DNA from: Camelus ferus | Lineage: Eukaryota | Direction: 5' to 3' | NCBI RefSeq assembly: GCF_009834535.1 | Contig: NC_045707.1 | Coordinates: 19,592,001 to 19,656,000 of the forward strand | DNA length: 64,000 bases | Shown here: piece after piece, positions 63,141 through 64,000 of the stretch | Layout of the letters: each line of letters opens with the position of its first letter | Position numbering within the stretch: position 1 is the first letter of the stretch | Notes under the pieces: model-generated | Databases searched by the model: none | Told to the model about the DNA's origin: nothing | Seen by the model: the letters and a program-made list of their open reading frames with translations, nothing else | Program-made: the position numbers and the translations under genes

Positions 63141-64000
63141 GCTTTTGATCTATGTGCCTCCAGGCAGTGCCTTGCACCAGTGACTAAACCAAAAAAAACC
63201 CTTTCCAGACTGAATTCTTACACCTGCTTTATTTCTTCACTTACTTCTCCTCATGCCTCTCTACATTAACAGCATCTACTTTTAGGGACCATCCAAAACA
63301 AAAGGTTCATGTGGGAAGTTAGCAACCTTATCTCTGACTGTTTGAGGTCCAGAACCAGTTGGTTTTGCAAAAACCTATGTTATCCCTAATGTCTGCAATC
63401 TCTTACTGTCTAATCTAGTTGCAAACCAACCACTTATTGCCCAAGTTCAAATGTTTCTTGAGACCATTAGCTAAACCCAGCAGAGAACATTGAACAAATA
63501 CTGGCTCTTTTCAGCCATGCCAACCATGCCCCTCAGAGCCAGAGACTCAGCAGACTAGTCCCTGCAGTGAACAGCTTTATAAAATGTCATTTGTGTCAAA
63601 TTAAGAATCTCCAACTCTGAGGTTGGAATATATTTTTCTTTACCACCGCCTACCCATCCACTGAGTTAATGTCACATATTTTCTTTTTTGTTATGACAGG
63701 ACTTCACTTATAGTATGAACTTTTATATTAGTCTTATAAAAGGACAGACTGCTGAAAAAAAAACAAAACCTAAAAATATTGTGGCTGAAATAAGCCAAAA
63801 GATTATTTTTCTCCAAAATTCTAAAAAAAAAAAAAAAAAGTCAGCAAGCAATTCTCTTCCTCATAGTTAAAGGTTGGAGGCAAGAAAAATTATCAACAGC
63901 AGACATACCATAAAGAATAGGTAAAAGAAGTTCTTCAAACAAGAAGAAAATTACAAAATAACAAATCTTGGTGAAACAAGAAAGAAGAAAGAACAATGGA

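Overview
Mammalian genomic DNA, most likely camelid (inferred from a tRNA-derived SINE resembling the camelid vic-1 family). The window is part of a class II olfactory receptor (OR) cluster of the OR6C subfamily, resembling the human 12q13.2 cluster. It holds seven single-coding-exon OR loci. Four have intact ORFs: 11738-12673 (-), 39935-40864 (+), 47716-48645 (+, OR6C4) and 56145-57083/57095 (-). Three are disrupted: 1619-2557, 23670-24605 and 34221-35159 (all +). The intergenic DNA is mostly LINE-1 fragments, solo LTRs, ERV1 and ERV-L relics, SINEs, MIR/L2 and DNA transposons, plus five N runs inside repeats. I found no supportable novel biological system. The best observations concern genome evolution: (1) an OR6C4 tandem pair whose 5' halves appear homogenised by gene conversion while the 3' ends are old and divergent; (2) a Tigger1 element carrying a MIR segment apparently copied from a site 2.5 kb away; (3) an OR broken only by two homopolymer indels; (4) an ORF-intact OR with decayed conserved motifs; (5) apparently independent one-codon deletions at the same ECL2 position in two ORs. 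Orthology and repeat-family names come from my recollection of consensus sequences, not from database searches. Identity figures are hand counts or by-eye estimates.
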